Source: Patescibacteria group bacterium
GTDB taxonomy: Bacteria > Patescibacteriota > Microgenomatia > UBA12405
Length of the DNA stretch: 64,000 nucleotides
NCBI GenBank assembly: GCA_050943115.1
Contig: JBMNON010000002.1
Coordinates: 27,157 to 91,156, forward strand
Direction: 5' to 3'
This document shows positions 28,735 through 37,891 of this stretch, piece after piece (the stretch's first letter is position 1; each line of letters starts with the position of its first letter). Both the position numbers and the translations under genes were made by a program. Below the pieces are notes generated by a model, which worked only from the letters and a program-made list of their open reading frames with translations, was not told the DNA's origin and made no database searches.

Positions 28735-28807
28735 TACGCCCAGAGGGAGTCGAACCCCCATCACTAGTTCCGAAGACTAGCACTCTATCCATTGAGCTAT
28801 GGGCGCA
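28735..28807 (-). tRNA. tRNA-Arg (anticodon TCG)
   Basis: GCGCCCA acceptor, anticodon stem CTAGT/ACTAG, loop CTTCGGA. Confidence 0.7.
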
Positions 28808-28812
28808 GCCAG

Positions 28813-28886
28813 TATCCCCGACAGGAATCGAACCTGTGACCTCTTCCTTAGAAGGGAAGCGCTCTATCCGACTGAGCTACGGGGAC
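28813..28886 (-). tRNA. tRNA-Arg (anticodon TCT)
   Basis: Anticodon stem CTTCC/GGAAG, loop CTTCTAA. TTCGATT T-loop. Confidence 0.7.
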
Positions 28887-28897
28887 GCTCATGTATT

Positions 28898-30301
28898 TTA
28901 CCAGTTTTGTTGGAAAATAGGTCCAATTAACTGATTTTTAATATAATTGACGATTTTTTCCTGGATTTTTGTAGCCGGTCTGTAGATGGCCGGTTTGTTG
29001 GTAATTGCTTTAATCGGTAGAGAATCCACACCATCCCAACCGATATAGGTATTAACCTTATCGGTGTCCGGTGAAATTTTAAATTTAAAGTGAAGTTTGA
29101 TGGTTTGGTTGGGGAAAATAAAATTATTTGGGGTGCAGACGGCATCCAGAGAGACATTCGCTGAAGCTTGGGGCGTTAAACAGAAATTATGTTCTCCCCA
29201 AATCGACTGGCCGGTATTTTTTAAAATGATTTCCCCGCTGTAGTCGGTATCCGTGAAAATCAGAAAAGGAATTTTTATATCAACCATTTCATAAGTTGTA
29301 ATCTGGGGCGGTTTATTTTTGCTTTTCCCTTTGGAAATTATTTTTTCATAAGCAGGATAAAGCTTCTTTTCGGTATCTAGCCAAGAAAAGTTGGCAAAAG
29401 GTGGGTTGGGGTAGTTAAAAATAAAGGGAGTAACAGCCACGACTTGTGATTCCTGGTGCCAAATATCGAAAGCAGTCAAGAGGAAATTGGCAGCTGTATC
29501 GGCAGTGTAATAACGGTTATTTTTTGCAATCCCTTCCCGGTGAGGCCATCCGGTTTCGGTGATAAAAACGGGTAAGTCTTTTTTTACTCCAAGACTTTTT
29601 AGAAAAGAGAGTTCCCACTGAAAGCCTCTAATGCTATACTGCCCGTGGTCATTGGGCGTTCCAATATAACCATGATTGGGATAGGAATGTGAGGCAATTG
29701 CGTCTATGTAATCAAAAAACTCCGGCTTGTAGAGGAATATTTCACGGTAAACGTTGGGAGCAGATTTAAAGGAGGGGGGTTTTTCCGGTGGTGCCAGGTC
29801 GAGGCCGGCGCTTAATATGTAAAAACTGGGATTGAGGCTTTTGAATTTTTGGGACGCATAAATAACTTTTTCTGCATAATCTTTGATATCAACTTTCCCG
29901 CCCCATTCCGCACCATGATTGATTTCATTGAATAGAATGACATGTTGAGTTGCGGTAGGCCAATTTAGGGAATTGAGAAAGTTGGCGTGATTATCGATGT
30001 CATCGAAGGTCGGCCTGGTCCAATTACCATTTTCCATTTTTGTCGCGATTCTAATAATGGGAATTATGTGGTATTTCCGGCAGTTATCAAAAAAATTTTG
30101 CCAAGTGCCACGATTAAGTTCGTCGGAACGGATGACAATAGTAGCCCAACCCCAGTCGCCACCTGACGAATTGATCACATCACGGGCTTGATGGATATCT
30201 TCTGTCTGGGTAAGATGCAATCCAAAAATGTTCCTATCTTCAGATGCTAAAATAGGTTTATTTAAAAGGAAAAATAAAATTAGGGCGATTAATATTGGCA
30301 T
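28898..30301 (-). CDS. secreted TIM-barrel glycoside hydrolase-like protein (clan GH-A-like)
   Basis: Signal peptide. LFNEINHGAEWGG (acid/base NEx-like) and VFITETGWP (nucleophile TE-G-like) motifs. Confidence 0.45.
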   Translation of the reverse strand: MPILIALILFFLLNKPILASEDRNIFGLHLTQTEDIHQARDVINSSGGDWGWATIVIRSDELNRGTWQNFFDNCRKYHIIPIIRIATKMENGNWTRPTFDDIDNHANFLNSLNWPTATQHVILFNEINHGAEWGGKVDIKDYAEKVIYASQKFKSLNPSFYILSAGLDLAPPEKPPSFKSAPNVYREIFLYKPEFFDYIDAIASHSYPNHGYIGTPNDHGQYSIRGFQWELSFLKSLGVKKDLPVFITETGWPHREGIAKNNRYYTADTAANFLLTAFDIWHQESQVVAVTPFIFNYPNPPFANFSWLDTEKKLYPAYEKIISKGKSKNKPPQITTYEMVDIKIPFLIFTDTDYSGEIILKNTGQSIWGEHNFCLTPQASANVSLDAVCTPNNFIFPNQTIKLHFKFKISPDTDKVNTYIGWDGVDSLPIKAITNKPAIYRPATKIQEKIVNYIKNQLIGPIFQQNW

Positions 30302-30320
30302 TCGCTAATTATTTTAACAA

Positions 30321-31415
30321 ATGAGAAAAGAAGATATCATAAAAATGCAAATTTCACGGGTGGAAAAGGAGATTCGGGATACCCCCTACGACAAATCTTC
30401 TGAGCATCACCATGCGGTTCTAAAAACAAAATTGGCAAAGTTGCAGGAGAGCTTGGATGGACCGTCAAATAAGGGTGGTGGCGGAGGGGTGGGTTATGCT
30501 ATTAAACATTCCGGTGATGCCAGTGTTGTATTGGTCGGTTTGCCTAGTGTTGGTAAGTCGACCCTTTTAAACAAAGTAACCAATGCTGAGTCGAAAGTAG
30601 GAAATTATGATTTCACGACTTTAGGAGTAGTCCCTGGGATGATGGATTATAAAGGAGTCAAAATCCAAATATTGGATTTGCCGGGAATTGTCGAGGGTGC
30701 GTCAGGCAATAAGGGTTTTGGAAAAAAAGTTTTATCGGTAATAAGGGCTGCCGATTTAGTAGTACTTATGGCAGACGTTAAGAGATGGGAGTGGCTTAAT
30801 AAAGTCAAGGAAGAATTAAATAAATCCGGCATAAGACTAAACCAGGAACCGCCCAAAATTCAAATAAACAGAATGGCAAAAGGCGGAATTCAGGTAATAG
30901 ATCCTTTCAGCTCTTTTGGCAAAGAAACTGTAGCGGGTATAGCCAAAGAAATTGGTTTAGGTAATGCTACTGTGCAACTTAACGAGAAGATCGAATCATT
31001 AGATAGATTGGTGGACGGTATGGTCCGAACCAGGAAGTATATGCCAATGCTGGAAGTGGTGACAAAAGTGGATTTGGCCAAAAATAAAGAGTTGGCAAGA
31101 TTATCATCTGATGTGGTTCAAATTAGTGCAGAGAATGGATTGGGGATTAGAGAATTTAAAGAAAGGCTTTGGCAAAAACTGGGTCTGGTCAGGGTATATC
31201 TAAAAAAGGAGAGAAGCGGTGAAGCTGATAGGGTTGAACCTTTGATTATGAAAAGAGGACAGAATTTGGAGGATGCATTAAGAAGAATATCTAACCAAAT
31301 GAGAGATGATGTCAATAAGGTCTGTATTTGGGGCGAGAAAGCCAGATTCCCCGGACAGGAGGTGTCATTTAGTTTCCCCCTTTTTGATGAAATGGAAGTG
31401 TGGTTTGGCAGATAG
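30321..31415 (+). CDS. DRG-family (Obg/HflX superfamily) GTPase with C-terminal TGS domain
   Basis: N-terminal TPYDKSSEHHHAVLKTKLAKLQ (DRG-type NKxTE/HLG/LKAKLA), G1 GLPSVGKST, G3 DLPG, G4 TKVD, TGS-like C-terminus. Confidence 0.75.
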   Translation: MRKEDIIKMQISRVEKEIRDTPYDKSSEHHHAVLKTKLAKLQESLDGPSNKGGGGGVGYAIKHSGDASVVLVGLPSVGKSTLLNKVTNAESKVGNYDFTTLGVVPGMMDYKGVKIQILDLPGIVEGASGNKGFGKKVLSVIRAADLVVLMADVKRWEWLNKVKEELNKSGIRLNQEPPKIQINRMAKGGIQVIDPFSSFGKETVAGIAKEIGLGNATVQLNEKIESLDRLVDGMVRTRKYMPMLEVVTKVDLAKNKELARLSSDVVQISAENGLGIREFKERLWQKLGLVRVYLKKERSGEADRVEPLIMKRGQNLEDALRRISNQMRDDVNKVCIWGEKARFPGQEVSFSFPLFDEMEVWFGR

Positions 31416-31652
31416 CTATTTGCCTATTAGAGTAACGCTATCTGTCAATTTAACTTCTTGACCTTTTCGGACCCTGATGGAGATCGTAAGAGGTAAGGGG
31501 TTGAAATCCATTTGGGCTGTTCCGCCATCCTTTTCCGTTCCTTCTATGGTAATAGATCTAAGTTGGGGGTTTTGGGTGAAACCGACAATGGTTTGTTTTT
31601 CGCCATTAGCTGAAAAGAGACGTCCTTTGGCGATTAATTCTACTGGAGACAT
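31416..31652 (-). CDS. hypothetical small protein
   Basis: 78-aa ORF from MSPVELIAKG. No motif I recognise. Confidence 0.3.
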   Translation of the reverse strand: MSPVELIAKGRLFSANGEKQTIVGFTQNPQLRSITIEGTEKDGGTAQMDFNPLPLTISIRVRKGQEVKLTDSVTLIGK

Positions 31653-31679
31653 GATTAAGTTAATTAATAAATTCAACAA

Positions 31680-32729
31680 TTATATAAGGCTGGCTCTTAT
31701 TTGTCGACTGCGTTGTTTGAGGACTTGGGGACTAATTTTTGAGTTTTTGATAAAGAGTTTTGCGGCTAGAGTGCCGGGACGGGGAGAATATCGGAAGGTG
31801 TGAATTTTCTTAAACCCTACATGTCGGCAGAGATTAAGCGTTTCTTGGAAGTCAGAGTCGTCTTCTCCGGGGAATCCGACAATAATATCCGTTCCGAATT
31901 CCAAGTTTGGGAGAGTTTTTAGTTGGGAGAATATTCGATCAATTTTTTTTCTGTTATATTTCCGATTCATTAGTTTAAGAATCTTGTCAGAACCGGATTG
32001 CAGGGGTATGTGAAGAAAATTATTAAGACGGGGGTTAAATTCAGGATTTTTGTAAAGGGAGATAAAGTCATCATCGATGGAATTAAGGGGTACGGAACCA
32101 AAAGAGATAAGTTCTATTGAAGTATGTTCCAGTAATTTTTGAATAAGATTTGGGAAGGAGTAATGATATTGATTTAAGTTTATTCCGGTAATTATCAGTT
32201 CTTTGTAACCGTTTGCCACAGCCTTGTTGACGGTGCTTATGGCTTCTTTCGGCGGTAGCGACCAGAGATAGGAGCGTCGTTGAGGAACGATACAGTAGGA
32301 GCAAAAATTGGTACAACCGGATTGGATTTTGAGGATAAAACGACGGCTTTTTGTAAATTTATCTTTTATGTTGGGAGTATAGGAAGATGCCAAATTATTG
32401 AGTAGTTTTTCTTTTGTTTTGTTGTCGAAGTAGATAAAATTACAAAAATTATCGAGTTTTTCCACTTGGGCACACCCGGTTGCGACAATAAAGCTTCGCG
32501 GGTATTGCTTTTTTAGGGATTTTATTTTCCTTATTGATTCATTGGCGCCCTTTTTGGTTATAGAACAGGTATTTACAAAAATTATTCCCGGATTGGTTTT
32601 TGTAGGTATAAAGCCCTGGTTTATAAGGTATTGTGAAAATAAATTGGTTTCGGCGGCGTTAACGCGGCAACCGAAGTTGACCGAAAGGAATGTCTTCTTT
32701 TTTATGGAGGTTAAGTTAAGTTCTTCCAA
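31680..32729 (-). CDS. radical-SAM methylthiotransferase, MiaB/RimO/MtaB family (short, apparently TRAM-less)
   Basis: N-terminal MTTase Cys cluster (FGCRVN...NTCSIT) and radical SAM CTNFCSYC motif. Confidence 0.7.
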   Translation of the reverse strand: MEELNLTSIKKKTFLSVNFGCRVNAAETNLFSQYLINQGFIPTKTNPGIIFVNTCSITKKGANESIRKIKSLKKQYPRSFIVATGCAQVEKLDNFCNFIYFDNKTKEKLLNNLASSYTPNIKDKFTKSRRFILKIQSGCTNFCSYCIVPQRRSYLWSLPPKEAISTVNKAVANGYKELIITGINLNQYHYSFPNLIQKLLEHTSIELISFGSVPLNSIDDDFISLYKNPEFNPRLNNFLHIPLQSGSDKILKLMNRKYNRKKIDRIFSQLKTLPNLEFGTDIIVGFPGEDDSDFQETLNLCRHVGFKKIHTFRYSPRPGTLAAKLFIKNSKISPQVLKQRSRQIRASLI

Positions 32730-33813
32730 GCCAATCCCTCTTAACTTTTAGGAAGGTGCCGTCTTTTAATGATTCCCTGACCAGTTTAGTAACGGCTATT
32801 GAAAAAGCGATATTGTGGATAGTCATAAGACGATAACCCAGCAGTTCCTGGGCTTTGAACAGGTGGTGTATGTAAGCCTTGTCAAATTTTTGGCAAGTAG
32901 GGCAAGTGCAGTTAGGGTCAAGCGGAGTTTGATCGTATTTATATTTTGATTTCATGATTTGACTATGAAAATGTCTTTTCATGTCTGCTTTTTGATCTCC
33001 GGTTCGATAAAGGAATTGACCGGCACGAGCCAGACGGGTAGGTAGGGTGCAATCCATTGAAGTTATTCCCTGACCAAAGAAGTCGAAGATATCATCAATC
33101 TCCCCTACCCCAAGAAGATGGATTGGTTTATCGGTTTTACCAATTATCGGTAAGACCCAAGATACGGCATCGCGCATTTTATCTTTGGGTTCGCCAACAG
33201 AAACACCACCGATAGCGATACCATCAAAGTTTTGGGAGGCAATAAAATTAGCCGATTCCTGTCGTAATTCTTTAAAATATGACCCTTGGACAACCCCGTA
33301 CAGTTTAATATCCTGATTGAGTTTTACATTCAGATTTTTATGTTCGTTAAGGGAGCGGATGGCCCAACGATGGGTTCGGTCGAGGGCAGCCTTGGCATAT
33401 TTCTTGGTAGCAGGATAGGGCGTACATTCGTCGAAGGCGATAATAAAATCGGCGGCAAGGTTGTGTTGAATTTGGATGGATTTTTCAGGGGTAAAGAAAT
33501 GCGGGGATCCGTCAAGATGGCTTCTAAATTCGACTCCATCTTCGGTAATTTTAACCAACTTACCAGCACCGTCGTGTTCTTTGCCCAAGGAAAAGACCTG
33601 AAAGCCGCCCGAATCAGTAATTAAAAGCTTGTCCCAACGTGTAAATTCGTGCAAACCGCCCATTTTTTTTACAGCTTTATCACCGGGGCGAAGATAGAGA
33701 TGATAGGTGTTGCAGAAAAAGATTTCGACACCGATTTTTTTAAGTTCTTCGGGGCTAAGTGACTTGACTGTTCCTTGGGTCCCGACGGGCACAAAAGTAG
33801 GTTGTTTGAGCAT
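32716..33813 (-). CDS. tgt: queuine tRNA-ribosyltransferase
   Basis: LITDSGGFQVFSL and a C-terminal Zn site CTCPTC...H. Confidence 0.85.
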   Translation of the reverse strand: MLKQPTFVPVGTQGTVKSLSPEELKKIGVEIFFCNTYHLYLRPGDKAVKKMGGLHEFTRWDKLLITDSGGFQVFSLGKEHDGAGKLVKITEDGVEFRSHLDGSPHFFTPEKSIQIQHNLAADFIIAFDECTPYPATKKYAKAALDRTHRWAIRSLNEHKNLNVKLNQDIKLYGVVQGSYFKELRQESANFIASQNFDGIAIGGVSVGEPKDKMRDAVSWVLPIIGKTDKPIHLLGVGEIDDIFDFFGQGITSMDCTLPTRLARAGQFLYRTGDQKADMKRHFHSQIMKSKYKYDQTPLDPNCTCPTCQKFDKAYIHHLFKAQELLGYRLMTIHNIAFSIAVTKLVRESLKDGTFLKVKRDWLGRT

Positions 33814-33869
33814 GGTTCAGATTATATCAAGCTTGGGAATTATTGCTATAATACCTTTGTAATTTAATA

Positions 33870-33954
33870 GCCGTCGTGGTGAAACTGGTATACACGCAAG
33901 ACTTAAAATCTTGTGGCCTCAAAAGCCGTGTGGGTTCGATTCCCGCCGACGGCA
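33870..33954 (+). tRNA. tRNA-Leu (anticodon TAA)
   Basis: GCCGTCG/CGACGGC acceptor, loop CTTAAAA, long variable arm. Confidence 0.8.
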
Positions 33955-33970
33955 CAAAATTTAAAGTTAT

Positions 33971-34219
33971 TTGTTAAATAAGACAATGAAAATAGAGAAG
34001 GCAAGCGTTATCGCTTCAGTTTTTAATGGTACCATCGGGAGGGTTACGGGAAGAAGATTGGAGGTTTTAAGTTATGATACCTACGTTATGGACGGAGGAA
34101 GGAACAATTTGGCTCCGTCAGGTACGATAAATCTGGAAGATATGGTGTTAAGGGGAGAAGCTAAAAGTGCCTGGATACACAGGGGAACACATGGTAAATT
34201 GCTTTTTGTCAGGAAATAA
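33971..34219 (+). CDS. hypothetical small protein
   Basis: 82-aa ORF between two tRNA genes. Weak similarity to the ORF at 34359-34550. Confidence 0.3.
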   Translation: MLNKTMKIEKASVIASVFNGTIGRVTGRRLEVLSYDTYVMDGGRNNLAPSGTINLEDMVLRGEAKSAWIHRGTHGKLLFVRK

Positions 34220-34358
34220 GAAGGCCCGGTTTGAGGGAAAGTATTGGTTAAGTTATTAATTTCAAGTTAAGTTTGGTAAAATAAACCGTAGTCATGGGGT
34301 TGGCTAAATAGCCTAAAAAACCTTACTACAGTCTGCCCGATTAATATTTAATTAATAT

Positions 34359-34550
34359 ATGTCTTTGAATAATAGTATGGAGAGAAAAACGGTTACGTTA
34401 GCCGGTTTTACAGTGGGTTGGGAGGCGGTACCCACAAGAAGGTTTGTTAGGACTGTAAGGGCTGAGATAGATACAAACAAAGTGGTGGAGGTGCCGGAAT
34501 TTAGGGATGGAGTAAGTCGCAGACTGATTTTCAGAAGGAACAAAACATAA
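34359..34550 (+). CDS. hypothetical small protein
   Basis: 63-aa ORF immediately upstream of the tRNA array. Confidence 0.25.
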   Translation: MSLNNSMERKTVTLAGFTVGWEAVPTRRFVRTVRAEIDTNKVVEVPEFRDGVSRRLIFRRNKT

Positions 34551-34561
34551 GTTGCTAGATA

Positions 34562-34638
34562 CGGGGATTGGCGCAACTGGTTAGCGCGCACGGTTTGGGA
34601 CCGTGAGGTTGCTGGTTCGAATCCAGTATCCCCGACCA
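34562..34638 (+). tRNA. tRNA-Pro (anticodon TGG)
   Basis: C1-G72 acceptor (CGGGGAT/ATCCCCG), typical of bacterial tRNA-Pro. Loop TTTGGGA. CCA encoded. Confidence 0.85.
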
Positions 34639-34663
34639 ATATCTGATAAAATAGTCCGTAACC

Positions 34664-34734
34664 GCGGGATTAGTTGAGCGGTTCAACGCCACCCTTCCAA
34701 GGTGAAAAGACGGGTTCGACTCCCGTATCCCGCT
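34664..34734 (+). tRNA. tRNA-Gly (anticodon TCC)
   Basis: GCGGGAT/ATCCCGC acceptor. Loop CTTCCAA. Confidence 0.75.
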
Positions 34735-34787
34735 CAAGAAGCGATATTTTTAATTTTCCAAGAGTTTTGAGATAATATGTAGCATCC

Positions 34788-34871
34788 GCCATGGTGTTGG
34801 AATTGGTAGACAAGCGTCGCTCAGAACGGCGTGGCCGTAAGGCCGTGTGGGTTCAAATCCCACCCGTGGCA
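34788..34871 (+). tRNA. tRNA-Leu (anticodon CAG)
   Basis: GCCATGG acceptor, stem CGTCG/CGGCG, loop CTCAGAA, long variable arm. Confidence 0.75.
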
Positions 34872-34878
34872 CAGGTGA

Positions 34879-34908
34879 AATATTCAGATTTTCTAATCTG
34901 AATATTTT
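34879..34908 (+). terminator. perfect 12-bp AT-rich hairpin plus U tract inside the tRNA array
   Basis: AATATTCAGATT-ttct-AATCTGAATATT followed by TT. Confidence 0.4.
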
Positions 34909-34926
34909 GCTATAATAGAGGCACTT

Positions 34927-34999
34927 GCCGAAGTAGCCAAGGTGGTCACGGCACTGGTCTGAAAAACCTGGGATGTTGGTTCAACTCCAACCTTCGGCA
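34927..34999 (+). tRNA. tRNA-Phe (anticodon GAA), slightly atypical
   Basis: GCCGAAG/CTTCGGC acceptor, loop CTGAAAA. U-U mismatch in the anticodon stem and A-C at D-stem 13-22. Confidence 0.6.
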
Positions 35000-35018
35000 C
35001 CTTAAGCACTTTTAAAAC

Positions 35019-35092
35019 GCGAGAGTAGTTCAGTTGGCTAGAATGTCTCCTTGCCAAGGAGAAGGTCGCGGGTTCGAGTCCCGTCTCTCGCT
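35019..35092 (+). tRNA. tRNA-Gly (anticodon GCC)
   Basis: GCGAGAG acceptor. Stem TCTCC/GGAGA, loop TTGCCAA. Confidence 0.85.
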
Positions 35093-35120
35093 CAAAAGAT
35101 CTTTCTTGGACCTTGACAGA

Positions 35121-35194
35121 GGGTCTGTAGCTCAGTTGGTTAGAGCGCTCGGTTTACATCCGAAAGGTCATAGGTTCAAGTCCTATCAGACCCA
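35121..35194 (+). tRNA. tRNA-Val (anticodon TAC)
   Basis: GGGTCTG acceptor. Loop TTTACAT. Confidence 0.85.
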
Positions 35195-35198
35195 CAAT

Positions 35199-35280
35199 GC
35201 CGATGTGGTGAAATTGGTATACACGTACGCTTGAGGTGCGTATGCCGCGAGGCGTGGAGGTTCAAGTCCTCTCATCGGCA
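35199..35280 (+). tRNA. tRNA-Leu (anticodon GAG)
   Basis: GCCGATG acceptor, loop TTGAGGT, long variable arm. Confidence 0.75.
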
Positions 35281-35296
35281 CAATCCCCTATTCTTA

Positions 35297-35367
35297 TGCC
35301 CTGTCGTCTAATGGTAGGACAGCAGCCTTTGGAGCTGTTTATCGTGGTTCGAATCCATGCGGGGCAA
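35297..35367 (+). tRNA. tRNA-Gln (anticodon TTG)
   Basis: U1-A72 acceptor (TGCCCTG/CGGGGCA), typical of bacterial tRNA-Gln. Loop CTTTGGA. Confidence 0.8.
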
Positions 35368-35395
35368 CAGCGAAAATGATACAATTAGTTTATAT

Positions 35396-36406
35396 ATGAG
35401 AGAGTTTGATAGGATTAAGAGATTTGCTAAGTCGGTTGATTTTTTTTCTGATAGGGATACTGTTGAGCGGGTGGTTGACAGTATTAGTGAGAAGATGGGC
35501 GTTCCGGTAAGAAGACTGGTTGAGGGGAAGGAGGAATTGGCGAGGTATGTAGTGGAAGGATCAAGCTTAAGCCGGGAGTTAGTATTGAAAAATTCTGCGT
35601 TAGAACAAGCAATATTTAGTTTTTTGTTCGGGTACAATAGGCTTCTGGTAATCGGCGGTGATCCGGGAAATGGGAAAAGTCTGCTAGCTACTGATATAAG
35701 GAGATTCAGCCAGGTGTTTAGGGCGATTGATGAAAACTTAGAATTTCCGCTAGCATTTATTCCTTTTGACAAGGTGAGGGAAACATTTTTTTTAAGATTA
35801 TCAGAGCGGCTTGGTTATAAAGTCCCCTTGCCTAAAGGGACTTCACCTGATTGGATGATGGAGACTGTAGAAAGAGTTATGGCATCAACAACCTTTTTTG
35901 TATTGGATAATTACCCTAAATCAAGAGTGATAGTGGAGGCACCTTTATTTTCCAGTAGAGGAGAAAATATTATTTATGAAGCTGAGGGAAGAGATTATGG
36001 GATTCAAACTATAATTGTTCACAGTCCGGAAATGTATCTTGAAATAATCAATCGGGGTAGCCGTGATGTTGACACTTCAGGCCAGCCGGAAGCGATGGTG
36101 CAATTAAGGATGAGGAGATTAAAATCAATAACCGGAGATGCTAATTTTGATTTTGATACAGAAAACAAAATATTGAGAGGCCAGTGGGAAACGATGCTTA
36201 GGGGCAGAAAAAGTTTGATTATAGAATGGAGTCCAAACGAACTCAGGGAACCGTTTGAGGAGACAAGAAAAGAATTTATCACCCAAAATCAACGTCCGGA
36301 CCTATTAACACCTCTTCCTTTGGGACCATATATTAAATCACAATTTGATTTGATTTTTGATTTGTTTGGCGATAAAAGCTTATTGAAGCTAGTAAGCAGA
36401 CCATAA
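35396..36406 (+). CDS. hypothetical P-loop NTPase (RecA/KaiC-superfamily-like)
   Basis: Walker A LLVIGGDPGNGKSL and Walker B-like TFFVLDNY. Start moved to MREFDR to clear tRNA-Gln. Confidence 0.4.
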   Translation: MREFDRIKRFAKSVDFFSDRDTVERVVDSISEKMGVPVRRLVEGKEELARYVVEGSSLSRELVLKNSALEQAIFSFLFGYNRLLVIGGDPGNGKSLLATDIRRFSQVFRAIDENLEFPLAFIPFDKVRETFFLRLSERLGYKVPLPKGTSPDWMMETVERVMASTTFFVLDNYPKSRVIVEAPLFSSRGENIIYEAEGRDYGIQTIIVHSPEMYLEIINRGSRDVDTSGQPEAMVQLRMRRLKSITGDANFDFDTENKILRGQWETMLRGRKSLIIEWSPNELREPFEETRKEFITQNQRPDLLTPLPLGPYIKSQFDLIFDLFGDKSLLKLVSRP

Positions 36407-36511
36407 AAGTCCTTTTGCAAACAGACAGATTGAGGCTTGGTGTGGGGAATTATTACTATTCTTACACCTTTTTGTAATTAAAATCTTACAAATAGTTGCC
36501 AAAATAATAAT

Positions 36512-37195
36512 ATGAATGGTGTAAATGATATTGCTGCAAGGGTAAGTAACACATTGGTTAATGCTCTTAATTCCGTTATTGCATTTTTGCCGGAATTAAT
36601 TGCTGGACTTATTATTTTGCTAATTGGTTGGTTGATTGCAGCCGCATTAAGAGAATTGGTCGAAAGAGGGTTGCGGGCTATAAATATTAAATCCTGGTTT
36701 AGAAAAGCAGGAGTTCAGAAAGAGTCAACCCAAAATGTATGGATTAAGATTCTGTCACAACTGGTTTTTTGGACGGTGTTAATTTTATTTCTGATTCCGG
36801 TTTTTGAAACTTGGGGGATCCCCCAGGTAACAAATGTAATAAATGAGTTAATTTTTTATCTTCCTAGAGTTTTTGCTGCTGTTGTGATTGGTTTTATCGG
36901 CTTTGTGTTGGCAAATTTACTTAGTGATTTAGCTAGAAATTCTGCCAGAACATATGGAGAAAATGCTGCCAGCGTTGCCGGCGGTATAGCTTATTATTCT
37001 GTATTGATATTTTCAGCTCTTATTGTATTAAGCCAATTGGGAATTGCGTCGGAGTTAATCCAAATATTGTTCATGGGTTTTGTGGCTACTTTTGTTCTGG
37101 CTGCAGGATTGGCTTTTGGTTTGGGAGGCAGGGATACCGCCAGAGATTTATTAAACCAATTGCTGGAAGGTGTCAAGAAAAACAAGAATAAGTAG
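36512..37195 (+). CDS. membrane protein with two conserved TM-helix repeats
   Basis: Internal duplication: FLPELIAGLIILLIGWLIAAALRELVERGLRAIN versus YLPRVFAAVVIGFIGFVLANLLSDLARNSART. Confidence 0.45.
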   Translation: MNGVNDIAARVSNTLVNALNSVIAFLPELIAGLIILLIGWLIAAALRELVERGLRAINIKSWFRKAGVQKESTQNVWIKILSQLVFWTVLILFLIPVFETWGIPQVTNVINELIFYLPRVFAAVVIGFIGFVLANLLSDLARNSARTYGENAASVAGGIAYYSVLIFSALIVLSQLGIASELIQILFMGFVATFVLAAGLAFGLGGRDTARDLLNQLLEGVKKNKNK

Positions 37196-37241
37196 CGGGG
37201 GACGGGTAGCGAAAAATAATAGGGTGTGAAATAATAATGGC

Positions 37242-37829
37242 ATGATGGATTCAGTAACAGAGATTAGAGTCAGTACAGATGGGCGGTACGAATTAAACGA
37301 TTTGAAACCAGATGAAATACGGGATGCGGCAGCAACAGGTTTGGGTCATAGACTGGGAAACGTATTGGCAGTTATGGGAAATTTGCAATTTTATAAAACA
37401 GCAGAAGCGGAATTGTTGAGACAAAACTTCTTAATGGTTGATCCTCAACAAAACAAGACGGAAATTTTTAAAATGGAGTTAAATCAGGGGATGACTAAGG
37501 AAGATGTCGCAAGAAAGGTTTGTCAGATATTTCTAAGGAATGTTGCGGATAAAGCAAGGGAGTCAGGAATACCGGGTAATACTGATGAGGAGGTCATTGA
37601 AAGCTGGCGAGGCCATATTAATAATGAATGGGAATTGGTAAAAATTAAAGAAAGAGACGAAAGCCAAGAAAGTATTGAAATTGCTAAGGGGAAAATTATG
37701 AGGATTATGGATGATGTGGTGGGAGTTGCTAATGGGAAAAAGGGATTGCCGCCAATATATGATTATAGTACTAGGGGTAAATTTTTTGATTATGGTAATT
37801 TTGGTCCGCATGGGACCAACTTAGGTTAA
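37242..37829 (+). CDS. hypothetical protein
   Basis: 195-aa ORF with no TM and no motifs I recognise. Confidence 0.35.
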   Translation: MMDSVTEIRVSTDGRYELNDLKPDEIRDAAATGLGHRLGNVLAVMGNLQFYKTAEAELLRQNFLMVDPQQNKTEIFKMELNQGMTKEDVARKVCQIFLRNVADKARESGIPGNTDEEVIESWRGHINNEWELVKIKERDESQESIEIAKGKIMRIMDDVVGVANGKKGLPPIYDYSTRGKFFDYGNFGPHGTNLG

Positions 37830-37891
37830 TAATGTCTTACACGGTTTTTACTTATTTGTTATAAGAAAGTGGGACAATGATAATAATAAGT

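Noticed and set aside
28725-28934. 69-aa plus-strand ORF spanning the Lys/Arg/Arg tRNA trio
   Set aside because: Antisense translation of three minus-strand tRNA genes (GVEPPSL, GIEPVTS motifs are tRNA T-arm translations).
34562-35367. tRNA array as a mobile, phage-derived tRNA island
   Set aside because: No duplicated anticodons, no integrase or att-like repeats, and the isoacceptor set looks like a core complement.
34352-35772. Several ORFs in the track (34352-34639 -, 34555-34737 -, 35034-35234 +, 35308-35772 -) overlap the tRNA array
   Set aside because: Their sequences are translations of tRNA genes or their antisense (e.g. GFEPATSRS..., VAQLVRALG...). The cloverleaf tRNA structures explain the region.
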